Counted from the first letter of the stretch, positions 7,770-17,212 are shown. The stretch is DNA of 32,000 nt from Promethearchaeum syntrophicum (GCF_008000775.2 NZ_CP042905.2:720001-752000), one strand, 5' to 3'. The notes: generated by a model not told the origin, from the letters alone. Numbers and translations are program-made.

Positions 7770-8882
7770 ATGAGTTTACAAGGAAAAAAAATTTGGATAG
7801 ATGTTGAAGAGCCAAAGACGGGTATTATGTTTAAATCTCTCTTTCGAAAATTTAAGGAAGCAGGAGCAGAGTTGTTAATCACAGCACGTAATTTTGATTC
7901 AACACATAAAATAATGGATGATATAGGAATTAAATATTTAAAAGTAGGAAAACATGGAGGGGCTGATATTCAACAGAAACTTAAAACCTATATTGAACGC
8001 CTTGCGGAGCTTTTTCCAATAATAACTAAAGAAAAACCTGATTTTTTAGTAACTTTTGGTTCTGTAGAAGGTACACGGATTGCATATGGATTACAAATTC
8101 CATCTATTGGTTTTAGTGACGAACCGAGAAGTGTTCACGTATCAAAGTTATATTTTCCTTATATTGAAATGTTGATTACCCCAGATTGTATTCCAATCGA
8201 ACAATATAATGATCTTCATGCAACTAATAATAGGATCATCAGATATAATGGGATTGATGAAGTTGCTTGGTTGCGACATTATCAACCAAACCCTGACTTA
8301 TTGAAAAAATTCCATGTTGAACCCGGTAAATTCGTGTTAATGAGAAGTGAACCTACTTTTGCTTGTTATTTTGTAGATAAACTAAAACCTGAAGAAACTT
8401 TTATTGCAAAATACTTTCCAAAAATATTTGAATCTTGTCCAGATCAAACTTATTTTTTGCTAGTTCGCTCTGAAGGTCAAGAAAAATGGTTAAAGGAACA
8501 GTTGAAGGATTATCTTCCTAGTGAGAAAATTCAAATCACCCGTTATTTGCCAAATATTGTTGATTTATGTTTTTATGCATCTCTTGTTGTTAGTGGAGGA
8601 GGAACAATTGTTAGAGAGTCTGCAATGTTAGATGTTCCAAGTATTGAATATTTTCCGGGTGATTCCGCACCTCAAGAAAAATGGTTAATAAAGAATGGAT
8701 TTCCTATAGAACACATCCGTGAAAAAGAAAAAATCATATCCAGATGCATTGAAATAATTCAACGAGGGCCTACTAAAGATCGATTTACAGAATCATATAA
8801 GAACGCTATCTTAAAATTTGAAGATCCAAATCAAATCTGTTATAATTACGTTGTAGATAAACTCAATAGAGCGGAAAAATAG
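7770..8882 (+). CDS. DUF354-family protein (archaeal, GT-B / epimerase-like fold; function unknown)
   Basis: 370-aa ORF. The N-terminus KIWIDVEEPKTGIMFKSLFRKFKEAGAELLITARNFDSTHKIMDDIGIKYLKVGKHGG matches the DUF354 opening I remember (KIWIDi.hPahvhfFk.li.eL.k.GheVliTaRd.d.t..LL...g..y..iG). A GGGT-containing C-terminal half (VVSGGGTIVRESAML) is like GT-B nucleotide-sugar enzymes. Confidence 0.6.
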   Translation: MSLQGKKIWIDVEEPKTGIMFKSLFRKFKEAGAELLITARNFDSTHKIMDDIGIKYLKVGKHGGADIQQKLKTYIERLAELFPIITKEKPDFLVTFGSVEGTRIAYGLQIPSIGFSDEPRSVHVSKLYFPYIEMLITPDCIPIEQYNDLHATNNRIIRYNGIDEVAWLRHYQPNPDLLKKFHVEPGKFVLMRSEPTFACYFVDKLKPEETFIAKYFPKIFESCPDQTYFLLVRSEGQEKWLKEQLKDYLPSEKIQITRYLPNIVDLCFYASLVVSGGGTIVRESAMLDVPSIEYFPGDSAPQEKWLIKNGFPIEHIREKEKIISRCIEIIQRGPTKDRFTESYKNAILKFEDPNQICYNYVVDKLNRAEK

Positions 8883-8903
8883 AATAAAAAACCGATAGTA
8901 TTT

Positions 8904-9716
8904 GTGATAAATTTGACTATAATATTTCATCTTGAAGAGCCAATTAAGAGAATTAACTTATTTAATTCTGTTTTTCAATATTTTTCTTTAAATTTGAATG
9001 GAATTAAAATCATTTTAGGCGAATTTGCTAAAGAAAATCAGATAAAAAATGAAAAACAATTTTTGGAAAAGGAGGATTTCTGGAATAAGAGTGAGAAAAA
9101 AGAAATTAAAAATTTTTTAGAAAAAGATCAGATTTCACGTCTTCAAGAATGGGTTCTAGCAAGATCTATGATTAAATATGGTATAGGTTATATGTTTAAA
9201 GATCAAATTAAAATTCCTTTTAACAACATCACAATTGAATCAGATAAAAGAAATAAACCCAAATTAAAAATTAAATCAAAAAATATTGAGAATAAAATTA
9301 AAAAGGAATGTGAAGAAATTGTAATTTCTATATCTCATTCTAATAAAATGATATATGTAGCTCTTACTTCAAATCAAATTGGAATTGATTGTGAGGATAT
9401 ACATTTATTCTCAGAAAAATTCAGAGAAAAATTTGTTAAAAATGATGAGTTCAATCAATTAAAATCAACAATGAATATCCAAATTTCTAATTCGCGAGAC
9501 ATATTCGATACAATAATTTGGTGTATTAAAGAATCAACTTTGAAAATAATCAGGGATGCTAAATTAGCAAATATTTCTCAGGTCAAAATAGAAATTAGGG
9601 ATCAAAAAATTATTTCATCTTATCCATCAATAAATTATGAATTTGTTAATTTCATTAACATAAAAAATGATTCAATATTAGTTTTAACATTTATAGAAAA
9701 TAAGGTGGCAATTTGA
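8904..9716 (+). CDS. Sfp-type 4'-phosphopantetheinyl transferase
   Basis: 270-aa ORF with a GTG start. The PPTase motifs occur in order: RNKPKL (GKP), ISISHSNKMIYVAL (FN.SHS), IGIDCEDI (G.D.E) and WCIKESTLKI (W..KE...K). Confidence 0.75.
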   Translation: MINLTIIFHLEEPIKRINLFNSVFQYFSLNLNGIKIILGEFAKENQIKNEKQFLEKEDFWNKSEKKEIKNFLEKDQISRLQEWVLARSMIKYGIGYMFKDQIKIPFNNITIESDKRNKPKLKIKSKNIENKIKKECEEIVISISHSNKMIYVALTSNQIGIDCEDIHLFSEKFREKFVKNDEFNQLKSTMNIQISNSRDIFDTIIWCIKESTLKIIRDAKLANISQVKIEIRDQKIISSYPSINYEFVNFINIKNDSILVLTFIENKVAI

Positions 9717-10663
9717 TCCTCAAATCTCATTCAATTAAATTGAATAACGGAAATACTCTTTCGATAACAGAATACTTCACTAATGAGCCAAAAATTGAAG
9801 ATGAAATTGTTTTATTTTTAAATTCTTCCTTTTTTAATCAAGATCAATGGAGAAACGTTTTAAAATTGCTTCAATCGTTGAATTCTTCAAATAAATCCTT
9901 TAGATATTTTACATATGATTATGCTGGGATAGGAAAAAGTAATTATTCTGCAGAAAACATAAGTATTAATCAATTTATGATGGAAATTAATGCAATTGTA
10001 AATTGGCTAGGAAAGGATAAAATTCACATTTTCGGAACAAGCCTTGGTGCTTGGATTGGGCTTAATCTATGTGTTTCTAATCCAAAGATTATAAAATCTT
10101 TTGTTGGATATGGAAATTTAGCACCATATTTACCAAATTTTAAAGAACTTCGCTTGAAGAGGTTTAAATCAATAAAAACGTCATTTTCTTATATCGAATC
10201 TTTCATGGATAATTCTATTGAAAAATCAAATTGGGATGTTTTATTCCATCATTTTTACGTTCCAGTTTTCTTTCAACATTTGTTTGATTCAATTGGAAAT
10301 TCTAAATCTGTTGAAAATACAAAAAAAATATTATCAAAACTCCTATTTCCTATGGTTAAAGGAAATAAAATAGCTTTTATCCCCAAATATTATGAATATA
10401 TCATTGATACTATGATAAAAGAAGGACAATCATTATATTCACAACTTTCGAAAATTCCTAAAGATATACCGATTCTTTTTATGAATGGAAAGAAAGACTT
10501 AATTGCAGTGCCGAGTATGAGTGAAGATCTTCATAATAAAATACTTCACTCCAAATTAGTTCTTTTTGAAGATTTAGGGCATGGAAGTATCCTTCTTGGA
10601 AAAGGAAATAAAAAAATAATGGAAAAGTACATCCAATTTATTATTTACCATAATATAGAGTAA
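9713..10663 (+). CDS. Alpha/beta-fold hydrolase (candidate thioesterase/esterase of the locus)
   Basis: 316-aa ORF. Nucleophile elbow HIFGTSLGAWIG (G.S.G), a late Asp (KKDLIAV) and His (LGHGS) lie in the expected order. The TTG start overlaps the PPTase stop (TTGA). Confidence 0.7.
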   Translation: MILKSHSIKLNNGNTLSITEYFTNEPKIEDEIVLFLNSSFFNQDQWRNVLKLLQSLNSSNKSFRYFTYDYAGIGKSNYSAENISINQFMMEINAIVNWLGKDKIHIFGTSLGAWIGLNLCVSNPKIIKSFVGYGNLAPYLPNFKELRLKRFKSIKTSFSYIESFMDNSIEKSNWDVLFHHFYVPVFFQHLFDSIGNSKSVENTKKILSKLLFPMVKGNKIAFIPKYYEYIIDTMIKEGQSLYSQLSKIPKDIPILFMNGKKDLIAVPSMSEDLHNKILHSKLVLFEDLGHGSILLGKGNKKIMEKYIQFIIYHNIE

Positions 10664-11930
10664 CCCAATTTACAAGCCTTGACATGAATAGCATTCCATC
10701 CCAAGGTGAATCAAATAAGTGCATTTGCCCTAAATTAACACATCGTGAAACACCTCGAAAAGTAACTTCGTCAGCAAATTCTTCCAGCTTATTCTTATCG
10801 TCAATTGCGCATCCTATTGTTTGGATCTTTCGAGTGATTAAAGGAATTACCGCCATAATTGAATCTACTTCTTTTACAAATATTGTACGAGATTCAATTG
10901 GCTCTTCCAATTGGATTTGATCATTTGCCAATATTGTCCAATCGTTTTCAGTAGGACATATCACTTTTTTATCAAGATCTAATGCATATTGAGCACGTAT
11001 ATTGATTATTTTGGAAGTAATAAATTGATCAATATCTATTTTGGGAAATTGTTTTATTGCTCTATTAAATGCTTCTACAAGATCCTTAGTTATTTCCTCA
11101 ATATTTTTTAATCCTTTTTCAAAAAATACAACATGTGGAGAAGTACAAGCAGCTTGATCAAATAAAAAGATATCACTAACTAAAAAACGAAGATATCGAG
11201 TAAAATTTTTTGAAATTACTGCATCTTTATCAAATACAGCAAAGGAATACTTCGGACCAAAAATTATATCTTCACAATGAGCTTTTTTCGGTAATCCCGT
11301 AATGGATTTTACTGCAGAATCTCCCCCCCATACAATTCTAACGTCCGCAATTTCAGATAATTCAATATTTGCTTTAATATTAGATTTATTATAATAAATT
11401 ATGCCAACTGAAGTAAGTAGATTAGCTCCGCTTAATCCCGAATCAATAGTTGTTTCTGCAAAAACTTTTAAAAGAGCAACTATAGTTTTATGACTTTTTG
11501 GAGGTATTCTAAGAATGTTTGCATTTCCAACAAATATTGATTGAAAAAGCGAAAAAAGACCTAATGTTGGAACATTTCCAGCAATCCAATGACAAGCAAT
11601 TCCTCGAGGTTGTGCTTTAATCCGTTTTTTATCTCCTATAAAATTTTCTAAATAATCCAAATCTTTAAAGGACTTTTCAACAATTTGGATAAAATTGTTT
11701 CTTTTCAACCAACTGGATAAGAAAGCAATACCTTCAATTTTATTTACTTCGGTAGATTTGATCAAATTTTTACTGTATTCATGAAAAATATCCAAAATCT
11801 CATTTTTAGATATTTTTTTCAATAATTTAATACCTTCGTAAATGGATGGCAATAATGGAGATAATTTTTCTACTCGTTTGTATTCTGGAAAGTAGAATTT
11901 TCCATTAAAAATCGCTAAGTCTATCATCAT
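10641..11930 (-). CDS. LuxC-like acyl-CoA/acyl-ACP reductase (aldehyde-forming)
   Basis: 429-aa ORF. PRGIACHWIAGNVPTLGLFSLFQSIFVGNANILRIP and the catalytic-Cys context FLFDQAACTSPHVVF are the LuxC-family hallmarks. It has a 4-nt overlap with the upstream LuxE-like gene. Confidence 0.8.
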   Translation of the reverse strand: MMIDLAIFNGKFYFPEYKRVEKLSPLLPSIYEGIKLLKKISKNEILDIFHEYSKNLIKSTEVNKIEGIAFLSSWLKRNNFIQIVEKSFKDLDYLENFIGDKKRIKAQPRGIACHWIAGNVPTLGLFSLFQSIFVGNANILRIPPKSHKTIVALLKVFAETTIDSGLSGANLLTSVGIIYYNKSNIKANIELSEIADVRIVWGGDSAVKSITGLPKKAHCEDIIFGPKYSFAVFDKDAVISKNFTRYLRFLVSDIFLFDQAACTSPHVVFFEKGLKNIEEITKDLVEAFNRAIKQFPKIDIDQFITSKIINIRAQYALDLDKKVICPTENDWTILANDQIQLEEPIESRTIFVKEVDSIMAVIPLITRKIQTIGCAIDDKNKLEEFADEVTFRGVSRCVNLGQMHLFDSPWDGMLFMSRLVNWVTLYYGK

Positions 11931-13048
11931 TTATCTCCTCTTTTTTCGGCGAAAGTATCTCCACAACCTCGAGTTTCAGATTTTTCCACTCGGGAGCGAA
12001 ATTCAAAATATTTTCCTTTTCTTCCACAAGGACAATCATCAATTCCGATAATTTCACCGATATCTTCTGTTATAATAGCTTGACCGGGATAACTACTAGG
12101 GATTATATTAATAATTTCGATTAAACCAGGATCTCCGATTTGTTTTTCTTTCATAGAATAAATATCTCGAATAATAATATCCGCAAAATCCGGAACATGT
12201 TTGTGACCTGCTTCACAGTCTAGAAAAACAACACCCAATTGTTCCACCATACCATAAAAATCAATTATGTTTTCTGGTTTGGTTCCAAAGGTATCTGCAA
12301 CAGTCTCAGAAAAATATTGTTTTGTAACTGAATCTGCTTGTAATTTCTTCCATCCTCCGCTATGAACAAGTTTCATATTCGGAAAACTTAATTTTTTATT
12401 GACTTTTTTCATTTGATTAATAAAACGACTCCAAATTATATATGTAAAACCTGAAACAATTATCTCTTGATCTGCAAATTCTTCACAAAATGCGTTTAAC
12501 AATTTAAAATTTATAAATAATTCTCCGTCTTTTTCATCCATTACATAAACTTTTTTCCTACCAAAATTCCCTGCAATCCCTCTGATAGCAGCACCCCGAG
12601 CTGTCAAAGTTGTTGCACTTGCTTTATTTACATTTTCCGTATCTAAAATTAATGCTGGTCGACGACTTCCACCTAAGAAGTTTTTTAAAGTAGAGATTAA
12701 TGCTCGTGTTTGTCTAAACGATGTTTCTTTATTTATATAGATTTTACTCGGAATGCTATTTGTAGTTCCACTTGAGTGAAGAGTTCTTATTATTTTTTCA
12801 TCAGCACATGTTTTTAACTCAAAATTTTTAAACATTGATACCGGAATTGATGGAATCTCAGAAACGGATTCATAATCATCTGGATTTTTTCCCATAGTTA
12901 AATAAAATTTTTTTAAATTGGGTGAAAATTCCATATTATTTATGATCTGGGCTTTTAAGATAGGAAGTAGCAATTTATCTTTACTTGATTGAAGTAACTT
13001 GAATTGATCTTGAACAATTAGATCCTTTATTCTTGCTTTAATATCCAT
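11927..13048 (-). CDS. LuxE-like acyl-protein synthetase (adenylate-forming)
   Basis: 373-aa ORF. LHSSGTTNSIPSKIYI (SSGTTG..S motif), HSGGWKK and the C-terminal CPCGRKGKYFEFRSRVEKSETRGCGDT are typical of the LuxE / PaaK-like family. Confidence 0.8.
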   Translation of the reverse strand: MDIKARIKDLIVQDQFKLLQSSKDKLLLPILKAQIINNMEFSPNLKKFYLTMGKNPDDYESVSEIPSIPVSMFKNFELKTCADEKIIRTLHSSGTTNSIPSKIYINKETSFRQTRALISTLKNFLGGSRRPALILDTENVNKASATTLTARGAAIRGIAGNFGRKKVYVMDEKDGELFINFKLLNAFCEEFADQEIIVSGFTYIIWSRFINQMKKVNKKLSFPNMKLVHSGGWKKLQADSVTKQYFSETVADTFGTKPENIIDFYGMVEQLGVVFLDCEAGHKHVPDFADIIIRDIYSMKEKQIGDPGLIEIINIIPSSYPGQAIITEDIGEIIGIDDCPCGRKGKYFEFRSRVEKSETRGCGDTFAEKRGDK

Positions 13049-14109
13049 TCTATCAATCCTAGTAATTTTTCTTTTTTAAACCGAATTGGGGAGGTGGATA
13101 TCGAAGGATCTTGAAGTGCCGTTTCTGCCCATTTTTCTTTATTTAATGCTTTTAATACTGATGGATCACTATATTGCTGAAATCCAATACTATCGAATAA
13201 TTCAAGATATTGTTTGTAAATTGGTTTATCAGTTTCCTTATAATACCATAAAAGGATTGGCTTAATGAGTAGTAAAATGGATGCTGCATGGGATATTGAT
13301 ATTTGATGTTCCATAGTATGAGCTAAAGCATGACAAACACCTACATACGCATTTCCTTGAACTTTCCCTGCAAGATAACCAGCATATTGGATATCAGCAT
13401 AAGCTTTAGGATCATCATTTTTTTCTTTCAATTTATCAAAACCACTTTTCAGAAGGTTTAAACTGCTTTCTCCTATGCTTTTCAGCAAAGGGGTGTTCAT
13501 CATTGAAACAGATCCTTCAAATGCATGGGAAAAAATATCTGCACCGAATTCATATAATGATTTAATTGGCAAAGAACTTAAGAAATTCGGATCTAAGATA
13601 GCTAAATCTGGAATAAAACCATGATTTAGATATGGATGTTTATGACCTTCTTTATCATATATTACTGCCACTGCTGTAGATTCAGATCCGGTACCTGGAG
13701 TCGTTGGAATTGCAACTAATTTAACTGAATTTAAATCAAGGAACTGTTGATCATGAAAATCATCAAAATTTATTTCGGGATAAGATAAAAAAACGCGTAA
13801 TATTTTTGCTGGATCAATAACGGACCCTCCTCCAATAGCAACAATTACTTCTGGTTTATTTGAAAGATATTTATCTCGTAATTTCAAAATTTCATCTTGA
13901 TTTAAGAATTGTACAATTTCAGTTTGAACTGATTTTTCTTGTGTATATTTTTCAATTTTAGAATAATAATCTGAATTTTTAATAGGTTCTGCTATAAGTA
14001 CCAAAAATTTTGAATAATCAATACTTTTAAGGCAAGCAATTGCTCCTTTTTTATAGTAAACTTCTGGGGTGTTCCATAAACGTTTTACCATTAACTTCTT
14101 CTTTATCAT
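13027..14109 (-). CDS. Iron-containing (group III) alcohol dehydrogenase
   Basis: 360-aa ORF. VIVAIGGGSVIDPAKI (GGGS NAD motif), VAIPTTPGTGSE and the metal-His region GVCHALAHTMEH. Confidence 0.85.
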   Translation of the reverse strand: MIKKKLMVKRLWNTPEVYYKKGAIACLKSIDYSKFLVLIAEPIKNSDYYSKIEKYTQEKSVQTEIVQFLNQDEILKLRDKYLSNKPEVIVAIGGGSVIDPAKILRVFLSYPEINFDDFHDQQFLDLNSVKLVAIPTTPGTGSESTAVAVIYDKEGHKHPYLNHGFIPDLAILDPNFLSSLPIKSLYEFGADIFSHAFEGSVSMMNTPLLKSIGESSLNLLKSGFDKLKEKNDDPKAYADIQYAGYLAGKVQGNAYVGVCHALAHTMEHQISISHAASILLLIKPILLWYYKETDKPIYKQYLELFDSIGFQQYSDPSVLKALNKEKWAETALQDPSISTSPIRFKKEKLLGLIEWILKQE

Positions 14110-14110
14110 T

Positions 14111-15622
14111 TTAATTACCTTTTTTTTCTTTATGCATTTGTTTTAATTTAACTCTATCGAGTTTATTAGAATTATTCTTGGGTAATGAATTTAAAAATTC
14201 ATATTCTTTTGGAATTTTATGATTTGGAAAATGATTTTTACAATATGAAATAATCATCTTTTCTGTAAGTTTTGAATTTTCAACAAGTGAGATATATGCC
14301 TTCATTGCTTCTCCCAAAATATCATCAGATATTCCTATAATGCCGACTTCAACTACATCATCTAATTGTGTGATATAATCTTCCACTTCTTTAGGACTAA
14401 CTCGAAAGCCTCCAATCTTTAGAATATTTTTCTCGCGATCAGTTAAGAAGATGTATCCTTCTTCATCAACTGTTCCAATATCGCCAGTATAGAGTTTTCC
14501 ATTTTTAAAGGTTTTTACAGTTGTTTCTGGATCTTTCCAATATCCTAATGTAATATTATCTCCCGAAGCTACCAATTCCCCAGTTTCTCCATATTTGATT
14601 GGTTTTCCTTCTTTATTAAGTACTTCTAGAATAGTATTAGGGATTCCCTTTCCGATTGAACCCAACTTTGTATCTAAAAGATTGGGGGGAAGATATGATA
14701 GACGAGCCGTCGCTTCAGTCTGACCATACATGATGAAAATTTGAGTATTTGGTAAGATTTCTCGTAATTCCGATATGAAAGTATTAGCTAATTTTCCTCC
14801 AGCTTGCTGAATTAATCGTAAAGTGGGAAAAGTCATCTTCTTAAAAGGGGATCTTCTAAGTAAAATTTGATATGTGCTTGGCACACCTGCAAATACTGTG
14901 CATTTTTTTTCATTAATTTCTTTTAATACTTTCCCAGGAAACATGAATCTATTATTTAAAACAATCTGACCTCCAACTCTTAAATGAGTGTGAAGTAAAG
15001 ACGTTCCAAAACAATATGAAAAGGGAAGAACAACCATAACGCGATCATTTTGATTTAATTGAAGGTATTCTATAATCGAATTAGAGTTATGAATTATATT
15101 TAAATGAGATTGCATAACACCTTTCGGTATCCCTGTAGAACCTGAAGTAAAAATAATTACAGCTAATTTTGCTTTTTCATTTATAGGTTTAATTATTCCC
15201 TTTTCATTTTTTAGATCAAAAACGGTAATAGCATCTTCTAAATTATCATCTGTAAAAAGAATTTTTGTTGAAATTCCATATTTTTCAAATTTTTTTACAT
15301 ATTTCTTTTGTATGAAAAAACAAGAAACATTGCATGAATCTATAACATATTTAAAATTTTGCTCACCGAACTGATTATGCAAAGGAACTGCAACTCTTCC
15401 GCTTGCAATTATACCAAAATAAGCAGCAATAAAAAAAAGAGAATTATCTGAAACAATCATAATTTTCTCATCAAGACTTAATTGAAAATCATCTAATTTC
15501 TTACTAATTTTTAAAATAAGAGAATATAATTCAGAAAACGAATATTTTTCATCTCCTTGAAAAATTGCATATTTATTATTTAAATTCTTTGAATTTTCAA
15601 AGATATATTGTGTCAGATTCAT
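14111..15622 (-). CDS. AMP-dependent synthetase/ligase (acyl-ACP/CoA ligase)
   Basis: 503-aa ORF with adenylation core motifs IIFTSGSTGIPKGV, YGQTEA, YTGDIG, DREKNILKIGGFRVSPKEVE and a C-terminal NSNKLDR. Confidence 0.95.
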   Translation of the reverse strand: MNLTQYIFENSKNLNNKYAIFQGDEKYSFSELYSLILKISKKLDDFQLSLDEKIMIVSDNSLFFIAAYFGIIASGRVAVPLHNQFGEQNFKYVIDSCNVSCFFIQKKYVKKFEKYGISTKILFTDDNLEDAITVFDLKNEKGIIKPINEKAKLAVIIFTSGSTGIPKGVMQSHLNIIHNSNSIIEYLQLNQNDRVMVVLPFSYCFGTSLLHTHLRVGGQIVLNNRFMFPGKVLKEINEKKCTVFAGVPSTYQILLRRSPFKKMTFPTLRLIQQAGGKLANTFISELREILPNTQIFIMYGQTEATARLSYLPPNLLDTKLGSIGKGIPNTILEVLNKEGKPIKYGETGELVASGDNITLGYWKDPETTVKTFKNGKLYTGDIGTVDEEGYIFLTDREKNILKIGGFRVSPKEVEDYITQLDDVVEVGIIGISDDILGEAMKAYISLVENSKLTEKMIISYCKNHFPNHKIPKEYEFLNSLPKNNSNKLDRVKLKQMHKEKKGN

Positions 15623-15625
15623 TCT

Positions 15626-15865
15626 TCAAACTTCAATACCATGATTTTTTAAGGTTTCTTTAATTGCACCAATTGAATCCATTTCTGTTATTTCTTCAAC
15701 ATCCAATTCTAAACCAAATTTTTCTTCAAATCTTGCCATTAAATCCATGTGTGAGATTGATGTCCAACTTTCTATGTCATCAGGTGTTGCATCATCGGTT
15801 ATTTCTTCACTTTTAATGTTAAATACTTCTAATAACATATTAATTAGCTGTTCAGATTGATTCAT
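15626..15865 (-). CDS. Acyl carrier protein (polysaccharide-locus 'W-[DT]-S' type)
   Basis: 79-aa acidic ORF. IESWTSISHMDLMARFEEKFGLEL aligns with the ACP helix-2 region DSLDTVELVMALEEEF, placing the phosphopantetheine Ser at the TS position. It sits 3 nt upstream of the ligase gene. Confidence 0.8.
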   Translation of the reverse strand: MNQSEQLINMLLEVFNIKSEEITDDATPDDIESWTSISHMDLMARFEEKFGLELDVEEITEMDSIGAIKETLKNHGIEV

Positions 15866-15883
15866 ACTTTATAATACCATTCT

Positions 15884-17212
15884 TTAATTTTTAATTTTCT
15901 CTTTTATTTTTCTAATAGATCTATTAAAATATATAATAGTTATTCCGTACCAAATAATTAAAACTATAATACCTAGTATCCCACTATAAAGCCAGTTCAA
16001 TGGTTGCTTTACAATGAAAATATCAAGAATATAAACTAAAATTAGTCCAATAATCATTAATACTGTCATAATAATCGTAATTCCAAAGATCCTTGGATAT
16101 TTTTTAATAATGATGTAATATAAAACACCACCTATTGCGAAAACCGAAAAACTTAAGGCGTAATTTGGAACTTCTATTGGTAATATCCATTGAATTGCGA
16201 TTATTGCATAAATTCCAGAGATACCAGATAAAGCCATAATATTATTAACCAAATCCTTTTCCTTCAGTTTTCCATTAGCTAAAATTAAACGCGGTAATGT
16301 TAACGATGAACCATGTTCAAGCGAAGCATGGATAAAATCTTCATCATCTATGAAAATATCTTTTATTTTAACTGAATGACTTTCTTTAAATCCATGTTCT
16401 GATGCTATAACATAAAAGCTATTGAAAATATGGGGTAGCATAACTAATATCATTGCAACTTCTAAAGATCCCAATATACCAAGCATTGCAATTGCTGCAC
16501 CAATCGTTAAGGTTCCAACATCTCCTGGAAAAACTTTAGCGGGGAATCTATTAAAGAAATAAAACGCTAACCCTGCACCTAAAATAATCGCCCCAAATAA
16601 AACCCCTTCACTCGATTTTATCATAATTGCAGCAATAATCATAAAAAATGTCGCTATACTGGTAGTACCTGATCCTTCACCGTTGTAACCTTCAAGCATA
16701 TTAACTGTATTGGTAAGAATTAAAACAATGAACGGTAAGACAAAAGGATAGATAAGATTGAGTCTAAGTTGCCCTAAAATAGGTAATACTGGGCTGTTTA
16801 CACTGATCCACCCAATAATTGGAAGGTTAAAGATAAAAACGGGTAAACCTGAGATAATTAATAAAATTATTTTCTTTTTAGGAGAAAATTGTTTTCGATC
16901 GTCAATAAATCCAATCACTCCCGCAAAAATTATTGTTATTATGAACACTATCACCTCCATCCATAATTCGGAATAGAAAATTCCAATTATAATAGATCCT
17001 ATAATTAATGCAATTGCAATTCCAATCCCGCCCGACTCAGGTGTCGCCGTTCGAGATTTTTTATGGATATCATATCCGATCCATCCCTTTTTTTTAATCC
17101 ATTTTATCAAGGGAGGATATAAAAAATACGCAAATAAGAAGACAATTAAGCCTATGGAAAATATGATTATTCCATCAATCCAAGTTAAATTAAGGTCAGA
17201 GAATGTAAACAA
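15884..17212 (-). CDS. GT4-family polyprenyl/dolichyl-phosphate HexNAc-1-phosphate transferase (MraY/WecA/AglH-like), polytopic membrane protein
   Basis: 442-aa hydrophobic ORF with about 10 or more TM segments. Motifs are GFIDDRKQFSPKKK, NTVNMLEGYNGEGSG (N..DG.NGL) and VFPGDVGTLTIGAAIA. It has a TTG start and is the first gene of the ACP operon. Confidence 0.85.
   Translation of the reverse strand: MFTFSDLNLTWIDGIIIFSIGLIVFLFAYFLYPPLIKWIKKKGWIGYDIHKKSRTATPESGGIGIAIALIIGSIIIGIFYSELWMEVIVFIITIIFAGVIGFIDDRKQFSPKKKIILLIISGLPVFIFNLPIIGWISVNSPVLPILGQLRLNLIYPFVLPFIVLILTNTVNMLEGYNGEGSGTTSIATFFMIIAAIMIKSSEGVLFGAIILGAGLAFYFFNRFPAKVFPGDVGTLTIGAAIAMLGILGSLEVAMILVMLPHIFNSFYVIASEHGFKESHSVKIKDIFIDDEDFIHASLEHGSSLTLPRLILANGKLKEKDLVNNIMALSGISGIYAIIAIQWILPIEVPNYALSFSVFAIGGVLYYIIIKKYPRIFGITIIMTVLMIIGLILVYILDIFIVKQPLNWLYSGILGIIVLIIWYGITIIYFNRSIRKIKEKIKN

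Noticed and set aside
10684-10920. 78-aa plus-strand ORF
   Set aside because: It is antisense to the LuxC-like gene and has no independent support.
16758-16976. 72-aa plus-strand ORF
   Set aside because: It is antisense to the polytopic GT4 membrane protein gene.
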